From the NCBI GenBank assembly GCA_025201805.1, contig MU619289.1, positions 1 to 64,000 of the forward strand: a DNA stretch of 64,000 nt, given 5' to 3'. Of the stretch, positions 38,851 to 51,397 are shown piece after piece. The notes beneath the pieces were generated by a model. The model was given only the letters and a program-made list of their open reading frames with translations. It was not told the DNA's origin and ran no database searches. Made by a program: the position numbers and the translations under genes. Origin of the DNA: Parasitella parasitica NRRL 2501. Its lineage: Eukaryota; Fungi; Mucoromycota. Within the stretch, counting starts at the first letter, position 1, and every line of letters begins with the position of its first letter.

Positions 38851-39542
38851 TTGAAATCTAGACTTTTACTTTTTCCCCAAAAATTAAAAAAATAAACTTC
38901 AAGTAAAATGCAACTTCTATGTACGTCTATCCAGCATTTGAGGAAAACGTAACATGGTATGAAATTATGCGTTTGATGCATTTTCAAGTCTTTGTACCAG
39001 CAGAAAGAAAGACACAATCAATCAGATATGTATGATGAATAATCCTGTATTTTTATTCTACTGGTTCAACTCCAATCATAGTAGATATGATTACTCGGGT
39101 ATATCTACATTGTATTACAAGACTAGATTTTTGTCACCTTTTTAAAACCGACCGTTTTTCTACCTCCATCAATACTACCGCATCCTGCTCTACATTTCAA
39201 GATATGATCTTATCAATTGTCGCTACTAACATGTATTATAATAATATACTTAATGAAACGATCAACGTTTGAAGTACAATAAAACATCGTTTTGCATCTA
39301 GATACCAATCTATTGTGCATTATATCACTTTAAAAGATAGGTTTCAGCTTACACACAACCCCGAGTTTAAAGTTTTGATCCAGTTTAGACGTTTGCTATA
39401 GATTATATCGTATAGTATTATGAAATCTTAATAGAAGCAGAGAACATTGTTTTGTAGAATTGTATCATTGATCTATCTCACGTTCACCCCCAACTATAAA
39501 TTAACTACAATTCCAGGGCCACCAACCCTAGAAACTTCAGAA

Positions 39543-39560
39543 TATCAGATCATCTGATAA
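39543..39560. promoter_or_regulatory. Palindromic double GATA (SreA/Fep1/Urbs1-type) iron-repression element
   Basis: TATCAGAT-C-ATCTGATAA: an exact ATCWGATAA on + (39552-39560) and ATCTGATA on -, about 425 nt upstream of a siderophore transporter. Confidence 0.65.
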
Positions 39561-39568
39561 TGAGACCG

Positions 39569-39661
<93 letters not shown>
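39569..39661. repeat. Poly(dA) tract (93 nt)
   Basis: Direct reading of the sequence. Confidence 0.9.
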
Positions 39662-39664
<3 letters not shown>

Positions 39665-39915
39665 AGCACATCTGCAGCTTGTGCAACAGCCCAAATTACA
39701 TCTAATTATCTATTTGGCTGAGGTTTATCTACTACTTTATCGAAATCACGGCTATATATGTCCCTCTTGAGCGTATTTTGTCATTTGTTATGAGCTTATG
39801 GAGTAACGAACATAGAGGAAGTTACAAGGCAACGCGAATGAGTTTCGAATTAGGCTTTCTGAGACTATACTCGTATCACAGTGCACAATGATTTGAGTCT
39901 GTAAAATTATGATTG

Positions 39916-39923
39916 TATAAATA
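39916..39923 (+). promoter_or_regulatory. TATA box of the siderophore transporter
   Basis: TATAAATA about 65 nt upstream of the ATG at 39985. Confidence 0.55.
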
Positions 39924-39984
39924 TAGTTTTTCTGCATCTGTGTCATTGTCCTTCTTTCTTTTTTTCAAGCTATCTATATTCACG

Positions 39985-41870
39985 ATGGAAGAAAAGAGTA
40001 AAGTTGAGGTTGACATTGAGAGTATTGTTCGCAACGATAGTCAGGATGAACCTAAAGTTGAGCTTTCCGCTGAAGACGCCCAGAAGGGTGTCAAGGATGT
40101 CGAAGCAGTGACATTGACCTGGTCAAAAGCCTCGCTGATTGCAGTGTTTATCAAGTAAGTCTTTTGTTAACCCTATTTATATATGCAGATAACCCACATA
40201 TTTCCCATCTAGTATTTGGCTCCTCTATTTTGTCAACGCTATGCAATCATCTATTCTTTACAACTTGATCCCCTATGTCACTAGTGATTTCTCGTCACAT
40301 TCACTACTTAATGTTATCTACGTTGTTGCAAGTGCCATATCGGCGGCTGTATATATCCCCTTGGCAAAAATCCTGGATGTCTGGGGCAGAGCTGAAGGCT
40401 TCCTTCTCATGGCCACTTTTGCCACTTTGGGTTTGGTTTTGATGGCTGTATGTCAAAATCTCGCAACCTTTTCTGCAGCCTATGTAAGACATCGTATATG
40501 TACACACTATTTGAATTGCTAACGAAAACATTAGGTATTCTATAGCATTGGCTTTGGAGGTATGACATTTTCCGTAGATGTCATTACAGCCGACTCCTCA
40601 AAGCTGAAGAATCGTGGTTTGGCGTACGCCTTCACGTCTTCTCCATATATCATCACTGCATTTGCTGGTGCTAAGGCAGCAGAAGGCTTCTACTACAACA
40701 TTAGCTGGAGGTGGGGTTTCGGCACCTTTGCTATTGTTTTTCCTATAGTTGCTGCTCCTTTATACTTTATTTTGAAATTCAATCTTCGCAAGGCCCGGAA
40801 GGAACGCAAGGTTGCTCCAGAGGACAGCGGTAGAACATTCCTGCAAAGTGTCTGGCACTTTATCATCGAGTTTGATAGTGAGTAAAGCACATTATGTATA
40901 CATAGTTTATTAATGCTAACGTAAATCGTGTTGTGCAGTTGTTGGCGTTATCATTTTCTCTGCTGGTCTCACAGTATTCCTACTTCCGTTTAGTATTGCC
41001 GACAGTGCACCAAATGGTTGGGCTACTGGCTACATTATTGCCATGATTGTCGTTGGCTTCATCGCACTTTTAATTTTCATTGCCTACGAGAAATTCCTGG
41101 CTCCTGTACCACTGTTCAACTTCCAGCTATTATCTGATCGTACGATTATTGGTGTTTGCTTGTTGAACGCAACTTATCAGATCTCGTACTACTGCTGGGC
41201 TAACTATTTTACGTCGTTTCTGCAAGCTGTCAATGATCTCTCGCTGGCCGAAGCTGGTTATGTTGGCAACACATTTGATGTTGTCTCTGGCGTGCTTTTG
41301 TTAGGTGTCGGCTTCTTGATCCGCAGATTCGGTCGCTTCAAATGGCTTCTATACATTGCTGTTCCACTCTACATCTTCGCACAAGGCCTGATGATCTATT
41401 TCCGTCGTCCTAACCAATCTGTTGGATATCTTGTCATGTGTCAAGTCTTTATCTCTATCGGTGGAAGCATTTTTATTATAGTGGCACAGGTCGCTATCTT
41501 GGCTGCTGTTGACCATCAGCATATTGCTGCAGCTCTTGGTCTGCTTTCTGTCATCGGCACTGCCTCGGGTGCTATGGGTGCTACCATTTGTGGTGCTATT
41601 TGGGCAAATACATTCCAATATGCCCTTGCTGAATATCTCCCTGCGGAAGCCATGGACAATTTCGATATGATTTATGAGGATCTGGATACACAATTGAGCT
41701 ACGAAGTCGGAAGCACAGTCAGGTTGGCCATTCAACAAGCTTATGGCTATGCTCAAACAAGGATGCTTGCTGCTGGTACCGGCATCATGGGCTTGTGTAT
41801 TATTTGGGTGTTCTTGATTAGAGACATAAATCTTAAAGAAGTTGCACAAGTCAAGGGTACAGTCTTCTAA
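39985..41870 (+). CDS. mirB: Siderophore-iron MFS transporter (SIT family, MirB-like; 571 aa)
   Basis: Exons 39985-40154, 40213-40483, 40535-40877, 40939-41870. Motifs GVKDVEAVTLTWSK, PYVTSDFSSHSLL, LDVWGRAEGF, LKNRGLAYAFTSSPYII, QVKGTVF. Confidence 0.9.
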
Positions 41871-42839
41871 AGTACCTAGCACAAATTTTTTATTCTTGCA
41901 CTATTACTATATAATACACTCGTTTAATACAAAACAGCTTTTTATCACCAAACAAAAAAAAAATAAACTTAATATTCATTAGAACAGAAACTATTGATTA
42001 TAATCTTTTCTGCAAGATGAGATGTCTCGCTTAGTGGTCAATCACAAGGGATATTATTGCCAAGACAAAATGCAAATAGTTAACCTTGTCCACTTTTTAT
42101 CCTTTCGGTTAATAGAATCAGAAATGTGTAGCAAGGAAAGGGCACAAAAATCGAATATATTAGTAGCAATCTTTATGTAATCGCTGCAAGCTTAGCGAGA
42201 GCTTCCGATCCATCTTTGTTACTCAAATCGCCACACAAACGGATTTCGAACTTCGGGGAGTTAGGGAGATGTGCCATTACCGCGACTTTTAGTGACACGA
42301 TCATATTTCGATGCATCAATCATATATATTTATCATCATAAACGCAGGTAAAGGTTGGAAGTTCGAAATTCTAGCTACAATCATATGCTAAAGCTATGCA
42401 ATCTTCTGTGCGCGCCCTATCACCTACTTTTCTTTTTCTCACAACACCATCAAGGTAAAATAACTTCACTGAAATGTCTAATTCCGGCATATTATTACCT
42501 TCAATAATTTCAAATAAATTCAGAGTATAGATGACCTGTTCCGACTAATGCATCTTCTAATGAGACACTGCGTTTTTAAGAATTGATCAAACATAGACTA
42601 TTTTTAATGTCTTGCTCATGGCAGTACTTTTTTGTGCTAAAAAAAACCAAGGCTCAGGTGTGTCTAAATTAATTCAATAAACCACAATGCTAAAGAATTT
42701 GCACATATAAACTATCTAAAAGACTGTTCATGGTTATATACACTTATTTATTTTGTCTCTATGATAATAACTACACGTAACCTCATTTAATCACTAGATA
42801 GTATGAAAATGTACCAGACACAATAATACAAATCATAGT

Positions 42840-43963
42840 TTACAATTTGATGACATTCGCTTTTTTGTCGTTTTGTCCAAGATCACCTAATTCCCACTAT
42901 ACATGGATTGAAAGATGTATTAGTTACGATTTATGTATACAGACATTGAAACCTACATTATCTTCGATTGTCTTGAGCAAGGAATAGTGTGTGTACTTGG
43001 TCTTATCCTGGCTTGATTTGGATTTAGGATGGAAATCAGGGCCGAAAAGAACTGTGAGGACCTTGTTATTATCAGAAGCGCCGTCATCTTCATCGAATGT
43101 GAGCACAAACATTGTGTTTTCATTGAAAGCTTTCTGCTTGATGCGATTAGAAAGAAACTTTTTTAACCAGTTGGCGCCAAATTGCATATTAGTATCGTGG
43201 GCATCATTGTCAATCTACATGAATGTATGTATATGTACATGAAAAATGAGTATAACTCTTCAAGTAGACATGCATACAATATTTGAGACTTACGTTGGGC
43301 GTATAGAATACAAATTGAGGGACACTGTTACTGGCGATATCTTTGTCTAATTGCTTGGAATTGACGATTTTAGCACATCGCTTTTTATCCGTTGATATAT
43401 TCTTGAAAGACATAAAGGGATTGTGTTTTCTAGCATATTTATCGATATCCATTTTCTTGTTACAGTTGCCAGGATAGTCTTCTTGGTAGCTTTTCCATGA
43501 AACGCCCTTGGCCTCTAAAAGGTCAACGATATTCTTGCGATCAATGTTTGACTCATCATCCTCTTTAGTGCCTTTGGTAGACCCGCTGATCATGGCAATC
43601 TATACAAATCATTTTGTTGAATCAACAGCAATTCCTAAAGGCATGTCACTGAAATGTATATGTACTTACATAGTTTGGCTGGGATGGATGTGTGGTAGCA
43701 AGGTAGTTGGTCAGCATAATACCGTTTCCATATGCCTTGTTGAGGCCTTGTAAAAACTTGTTTTTATACGCAACCCCGTAGTCTTGATTCTCCATAACGA
43801 TAATAACTACACGGTCAAAGAACTTGCCTTTCTTAATTGACGAGCCAGAAGAAGGAGACACAAGAGAAGTTTCGTTGGATTTCTTTGCAACAGGCCGAGC
43901 CACGCATGCTTGATAAAATACAAACAAAATGATGCTGAGGAGCGATAGAAGACGAGATTGCAT
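42840..43963 (-). CDS. Secreted acid phosphatase / phosphoesterase-family protein (AcpA/SapM-like)
   Basis: Signal peptide; IVMENQDY, THPSQPNY, RKHNPF, DAHD, TFDE, YTHYSLLKTIEDNW; introns 43600-43669, 43215-43293, 42897-42956. Confidence 0.88.
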
Positions 43964-45056
43964 TTTATAATGATGATAATGCTTTACCTTAACTCACCAA
44001 ATTTCTCTTCTTTTATACTTAATTCTTGGTGATTTTTTCGTTTGATTTACATGCATTAGATCACCTAATTACGTGCAACCATGCTATTACCAAGGTTGCG
44101 CTAATTTCAAGGCACCAGATCAGGTAAATTAAACAGTAATTAACTGAACTTCTAAGGGGTAATTTGTTGATTTTTGGTAGCTGCTTATTAAGACACAAGT
44201 TGTATCATCACTTTTGCGAAATCTGAGACCTCCACATTAGCTAGAATTAATTGCTCCTACTATCAGACACCTATATTCATTATTCCTTCTCTTGGGTCTA
44301 TACTACAATTTTATTCTTTCTCATAATATATAATAAATTAGAAAAGAAGGACTTCATGACGACTATATGGATTTTTGTTACAAGTTTTGGTATATTACGT
44401 GCCCGCGATTGCTGGCAGAGTTTTCTTTGAACTGTTTTTGCATTTGCAAATAGGCATGGTCTCATTGATCTTTTGCTTTTTATTGTCTTTGTTGGTAGGA
44501 GCTGGCTGACAACCATTTAAAAGTTCTAGAGTAGTCCTTTTTCTGACTGACTCTAGGTTCTTTTACGGATCGCAGAATTGAGTGAATTATAATACACTCT
44601 CTTACAATTTGATTTTTCAAATAAGCCAAATTCCCTGCAACCAAATAGTTTAGCTCAAATGCCCCCTGCTCATTCGTCTGCATGATACGAAATTAAAAAT
44701 TAGCAACAGCTCATACTCAGATCTATAATTCAGGGATACGGCATCCCAAGTGAACGAACAAGATTATGAAACAAAAAAGACTGTCTCCCTGTGGTAAGTC
44801 TCTTATTCATACGTTATGGAGGGCTACACGAAATGCAATATTGCACAACACCAAAGGATTGGCATCTTAATGTATGAAAATGTTTAAACTATCATTTATC
44901 CTGAAACGAATGGACCAAAATATCAGAGAAGTTTTTTAAAGGTTGTTTTAATTATTGAGTATATAATGTATTTACAGAGAAAGGGTAAGAATGAAGTGGG
45001 CATAATTGAACAGATTTATTACAAGAATATTCACTTATAAACAGGAGATGAGAAGC

Positions 45057-45653
45057 TTAGTAAAAGAAACCAAGAATTTTACCACCAGTATGCTTTTGAC
45101 GAGCCTCTTCGTGATCCATGATACCAGCGGAGGTAGTCAAGACCAAGTAACCGAATTGACGGGCGGGCAACAAGTTGGCGGTCCACTTTTCGAGCTCGGG
45201 GAGCTTGATGTTGAAGCGGGGAGAGATGACACCACACTTGTTGATACGACCAATGAGTTGAATAACAATCTTACCAGAACGGTGATCATCAATGATTTCG
45301 AACTCACCAATGTAACCTAATAATTTCAATTATTAACATGTATCCAACATTGAGCAAAATAACAAATCAAGTATTAAAGAGAATGAAATGCGTTATACAT
45401 CAAACATAGGAAATAGCTCTTCCGTAGATTTAAAAATCATATGTTGTAGAAACCCAACATATAATCAGTTATACTACGGAGTAAAGAAAAAAAAAAGGGG
45501 GATATAGAAAAGACACTTACCATGCTTTTGCATAGTGGACAAGAATTTGACAATGACCTTGGATGAAGGACGGACGAGAACTTGTCTCTTTCCACGCTTC
45601 TCAGCATTGTTGATGTTGTTCAAACAATCTTGCAAGACGGAAACTCTGACCAT
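45057..45653 (-). CDS. RPS22: 40S ribosomal protein uS8 (S22/S15a)
   Basis: [11 protein letters not shown]...MQKH|[17 protein letters not shown]...GGKILGFFY; CDS intron 45317-45520; probable 5'UTR intron 45663-45843. Confidence 0.97.
45417..45481 (-). other. Intronic RNA hairpin with a 7x7 internal loop
   Basis: On the transcript, UCCGUAG/CUACGGA outer stem and GAUUAUAUGUUG/CAACAUAUGAUU inner stem. Confidence 0.6.
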
Positions 45654-46049
45654 TATAAAATTCTACAATGTAAAGAAAACACAAAGGCAGAGATGAGCAA
45701 GCAATTCAAACTTTCAATGAGTGTCGCTCCACTGCGATTCATAAAAGTATTTGCTAGTATCATGCACAGTAGCCTCCCAAAAGGCTTTGTAACATGACAA
45801 TAGATAGATGGTAGATGGGTGGATGGATGGATGGATAATTTACCTCAAGTTCGAAATAGGATGCGAAAAGGAAGGAGCCATCATTACCAAGATTTGAAGC
45901 GTCTTTTATCCATGAAAAAACTGTATCCATAAGCCACTTCAATGTCACAGATTGGCATTATCAACAGTCCATTGTTGAAGGAAAGCCTTTTTTTTTTTTT
46001 TTTTTTCGAGTCAATTTTTTCATATTCTTTACAATTGCCTTTATAAAAA

Positions 46050-47648
46050 ATGGGTAAAATCATCAAGAAAGGAGTCAAAGGTGCCGCTGCCAACTTTATT
46101 ACTAGACAGCAAGCTTTGAATAAACTTCAGATTTCTTTGGCTGATTTCAGGTAAGTTAGATCAAGCAATGCATTTGAATCCAAATTAGGGAAATTGACCT
46201 TTGACATTTTGTTTAGACGTCTTTGTATTTTGAAGGGTATATATCCCCGTGAACCCAAGAACAAGAAGAAGGCCAACAAGGGTAGTACAGCACCATCTAC
46301 ATTTTACTATGTCAAGGATATCAAGTATCTTCTCCACGAACCCCTTCTTGTCAAATTCCGTGAGTACAAGACATTTGCAAAGAAGCTCAACAAGGTGCTT
46401 CACAAGGGCGAATTCTCTGCAGCAAAGTCTTTGGAGGAAAACAACAAACCTGTGTATACTTTGGATCATATTGTCAAGGAGAGATATCCTTCATTTACCG
46501 ATGCTCTTCGTGATCTCGATGATGCCTTATCGATGCTTTATTTATTCTCCAAGTTACCTGCCGATAACAAGATCAAGGCTAATGCCGTTGCCGAGTGTCA
46601 AAAGCTGATATCCGAATTCCAAGCTTACGTTATGAAATCCAAGAGTCTTCGAAAAGTCTTTTTCTCCATCAAGGGCATCTACTATCAAGCCGAGATCAAA
46701 GGCCAAACTATCACTTGGATCGTTCCTTATCAATTTTCGCAAGCTATCCCCACAGATGTCGATTTCCGTGTCATGTTGACCTTTTTAGAATTCTATCGAA
46801 CCCTTGTTGGATTTGTCAATTTTAAACTGTACAACGAAATCAATATGACATATCCTCCCAAGATTGACGAGACTGGAGGTTTCCATTTAGATGAAGCAAT
46901 GCCCACCGCCACTGCAAAGAATGATGACGAAGAAGATGCTACTGCTGTTGATGAATTTAAATCTGCTGCTGTTGATGGTGAGGAAAATGATAGCACTGTT
47001 ACTCTTGCCCAGATTCAAGCCGCTTCAAATGCTACTTCTAATATCCAAAATCTCTTCAAGAACCAAAAGTTTTACTTGTCTCGTGAAACTCCTCGCTATG
47101 CTCTTGAATTTATGATTAAGTCTTGCGGTGGCCAAGTCAGTTGGGATCTCTCTGTTGGGCTCAACCCCCCTTATCCTGAGTCTGATGAGTCTATTACTTA
47201 CCAAATCACTGATCGTCCTTCTGTCAGCAACCGTGTGTTATCTCGTACTTACGTTCAACCTCAATGGATCGCTGATTGTATCAATGCCCAGAAAATTGTT
47301 AAAGCTAGCCTTTACGAGCCCGGAAGCACCTTACCTCCTCATTTGTCGCCCTTCGTTGAAGTCAAGGCAGGTGATTATGTCCCTGAAACAGGCTTAGAAA
47401 GCGATGATGAGGACGACCAACAGGTGGTTGAAGAGGCTGTTGAGGAAGACAAGGAAAAGCCCAAAAAGACAAAGAAACGCACTGCTGCCGAGATCGAAGA
47501 GGAGGAGATAAAGGAAATGTCGACAGTCATGATGACAAACAAGCAGAGAAAGCTTTACACAAAGATGCAATATGGTATTCAACAAAAGGCAGACCAAGTT
47601 GCCAAATTAGAAAAGAAGAAAAAGGCTCTTAAAAGTGCAAAAAAATAA
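46050..47648 (+). CDS. NOP7: Pescadillo homolog (BRCT domain; ribosome biogenesis)
   Basis: [18 protein letters not shown]|[13 protein letters not shown]; intron 46151-46216; [12 protein letters not shown]; LPPHLSPFV. Confidence 0.96.
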
Positions 47649-48720
47649 TAAGTTGAGACATCCTTTGTTTACCTTGTATTAGTTATCATTCGCCCTTTTT
47701 TTTTTCGTTGTTTCTTTTTATGAAGCCGCTCTCTCACAATTTTTAAAATTCATGCTTCAATTTATATTCATTACCCCTCTTTTACACTTTGCACATAAAT
47801 GAGTTCCATAAACAAAAAATTCGCTTCATTTTAATATTATTGATTTAAAAAACAGCTTCCTTAGATATTTGCTCAAACAAAAAATAAATAAATGTACAAT
47901 AAAATTTTGTATTAGCTGAATCATTCTTATCTGCAATATGTCATGAGTTTTTCCAAAAGAGCGGGAGAAACTAGCGCAAGATAAGTGAGCAACCTTATAT
48001 TACCACGTATAGCGTATATAAAGAGATATATTCAATCCTGCATTCAACAATCAATAATGTGCTGAAGTGATAGGATTTCCCACAAAAAGTAATTGAATGT
48101 CATCTCTAATGGAACCACTATAAAGATTCCAAACCAAGTTAACAAACAAATTCTCTAAATATCTAACCGTGAAAACATGAAGCATTCATACTAAATTCAG
48201 AATCAACAAAAAGAAATCGAACCACAAACTGCATTTGGGACACATAGACCAACGCAAGGGCTGCTCCATGCATATCATTTACAAATGTGTCAGAACCTTA
48301 CCAGTATTAGAATACCGTACCTGATTATGTAAAATCCAATACAGACATACTTTAACTTGGTCCGAAGGACATTTAGAGCATAACAGATAGACAGACCGTT
48401 TACAATAACAAATTTAAATAGAGGAGAAATGTCTAACCTTTGCACATTATCCTATTTTCGAAATAAAAAAGGAGTTTTCTATACTTTTTACTACAGATAA
48501 TAATACATTATTTTAAAGAGTGTTATCAAAAAGAGCCGTGGAACCGAGATCACTAGCTGGGAAAACATACGTAGAGCTGATTCTGGTGGCAATATTTTTA
48601 TTAATGTATTCAATGTGAATTGGATCACTTGGGAAAAACCCCCGCATATTTTAATATGAAAATTGCATATAATAAACGCTGTTAGGCTACGACAATGAGT
48701 CAAAGGAGGGCCTGTTTCAT

Positions 48721-49480
48721 GCGTCATTAAACAGACATGATCATCACTATCTGAGCACAACTTGATTTCCTTTGGGCAATGTGTCTATCAAAAATTATCT
48801 GCAAAGCCAGTTTTATTTTTCAATATTGATCATGAATATTAGACGTTTGCTCACAACTTCCGCTAAAATGACCGTAGAACCGAGAACTAACTTGGAAAAC
48901 TTAGCATTAACTTGGCAATTTCTGGCAACAATATTTGTATCCATGTTTTAATATCAGAAGAATTGAAATAAAAAAGATAAAAACCAGAAGAGGTTAACGA
49001 GATACGAAAACTTTATGATGATACTATAATTTAAGAATAAAATTGCATCTGCTATTATATCTCTTACAACTTCATGATAAATTTATGCTATTTAGGTTAC
49101 AAATTGACAAAACTAATTCTCATTAAAAATCTACTTGACAAGGTACGATGTAAGGTTGTTAGACGACAAGGGCTATATACGTCTTTGCTCGGACAGTGCT
49201 TTAACTTTGATCCTGGTGCTCAAATCTGTGTTTACAAGAAAAACCTTTTTGGTTTGAAACAGCAGATACCTTATTCTTCAGTCTACAATAGTGTATATCA
49301 CATCACATCATTGGACACTGTTCAATCTTCAATTGAAGTACATTGTCATGATCTCCTCTCTGCGATTATAGCAGATCACATATAATCACTGAAATAGGTT
49401 TCGATAAGAATCAAAATAAAGCTTGCTTTTGTGTTGCTGCTGTTGGTGCCGCTGTTGTTGTTATGCGTCATTAAAGCAGT
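48721..49480. repeat. Degenerate dispersed repeat, copy 2
   Basis: Blocks homologous to 253-328, 1-137 and about 193-230 of the window; gcgtcattaa occurs at both 48721 and about 49465. Confidence 0.7.
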
Positions 49481-51397
49481 TTCGTTTTCATAAATAATCG
49501 GTATTCTTTGGTCACTAAAAAAATGAATCGTGTATACAAGGCAGTGGAGTTTTTATTACCATCGTTGCGTATATATCAGCCGCAATCGGCATAGGAGACC
49601 AAGGCTACCACACTTAAACTTGTGTTTTAAAAGTAAAGAGTTTTGTAATCGACTGTACTGGAAGGCCTACACGAATCTGTTTATGAAAAATAAACCGGAT
49701 CCATAGTCCCTTAATGGTGTAGTTCAATATATAAAAAGCCCTTTTTAGCATTGTGTCGTCCAGCGATATAACCGGCAGGTGACAGTTCCCCCAAGATTCT
49801 TGAACGACGAAAGGGGGCCCCAGCCTAAGGAAAAAGAGTGTAACTACGAGCATCTGTCTGTGACAAAATCTAGTGATAAATACAAAGGAACAAAGGCAAA
49901 AGAAGAAGAGGGAATGTAGGATTTAGGGCTTCACGGTCTAGAAGCAGTGCTCAAATATTGCAGTGTTGTAAGATACGTTATCGAATGGTGATCTCGATGA
50001 CGGACAAGCCGATGGCTGACTTCTTCAGAGGACGTCAAAGATATAATAGCATATTGACTGATAAGCTATGAATGAGGCCTCCATGTTCATAATAAAACTG
50101 TGGTGTAGCAATGTTAGTGACCTCCTCAATAAGCACCAAAAACATGCAACGAACAGAAAGTTGACATTTTTGAAATGTCCATGGACAGAAATTCTTCTGA
50201 GTAATGTTCATTACAAAACACTTTACTTGACTAAAAAAATATACCCATGAAATTTAACTAAGGCTTTCTGTAATATTTCTGGTTTTTATATAAAGATAAG
50301 GAGATCACCTTGTTAATAAAAGTTGAGAGACTATTTATATTCATAAATACTACATTTTTAATATTACCTTTGTATTAAGTGTAATGCGTATCAAAAAGTT
50401 TGACAGTTGTTCTGGACCGTTTCTAAAGACGTGTTTAATTTGGTGATTTCAACAGTTTGGTATTCATAAGTCAAGCAAAAGTTTTAATCTATAAACTGGC
50501 AAGAAAGTGTTTTGGTGCATGACGTTGTAGGGGTCATTGATTTAACAATGTTCTACTAATAAAATAAGCTCTAGTTTTTACCCAGTATTTGGTAGGTAAA
50601 TTGGATAAAATTTTAGTGTTTCATAATTAAGTTTAAAGACAACTTTACAAAAGTTACCTGGTAGTATCTTGAAGCACAAAAGCACTGATGCTTTGAATGA
50701 ATTGAACAGTTTTTGATTAATATAATTAATTAAATAACTAACGAATGAATATTATTGTAAATGTAGCATAATGACAGCATGTCGCTGTAGAAGGCAAACA
50801 ATGTTTTCAATGTGCCTATTCAGATTCTTCCATATTCATGAGCGATTCATGATAATTGTTGCATGGTATATCTCGGTGTACAAGTGAGTCTCATGGTTTG
50901 ACCAAGTTAGTCTCATGACTAAACTTGACTACATCTGTGCATTTTTATATGTATATAAACATTATTGCGCCCTGAAATGAGTGATCTACATTTCGATGTT
51001 TTTATTGTACATGTATCACTGCAAATCAGCTTCTCATAGTGGAAGGCTGCTCCAGCTTTCAACAGTATATGTTTACATATCTCAATTTACCACGCACTTG
51101 TAGGCTTACTTAACATTTACTTTATTGAGTCTGTTAATGTTGGCTCTCCTTTGTTGATGATTTTTCCATTACGTTGATCTCGCCGATATGCAACCAATAA
51201 AAACAAAGAACCTTATACACCTCTGATGTACACCGTCTGTTGCTTCTGAGCATTTCCCAATATATAATGCAACAATAGTTGCATCTTTTAGCGTTTTGTG
51301 TGGGCTTTCCTTTCTTCCTTCTTTTTCCTTTTTTTTTTTTTTGTGTGTGTTATCTTTCAAACAAAATCCTAGACATAAAAATTTGCGCTTGATCATC

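Noticed and set aside
42241-42371. tRNA gene suggested by GTTCGAA
   Set aside because: No acceptor, D or anticodon stems and no A box found.
2297-43963. VTC array plus the acid phosphatase as one phosphate gene cluster
   Set aside because: They are more than 31 kb apart, with many unrelated housekeeping genes between them.
45006-45320. Antisense ORF over RPS22 (similar ones at 41349-41882 and 61352-61924)
   Set aside because: Shadow ORFs produced by codon bias on the coding strand.
49074-50250. Short ORFs in the gene-free interval
   Set aside because: No recognisable motifs or consistent splice structure.
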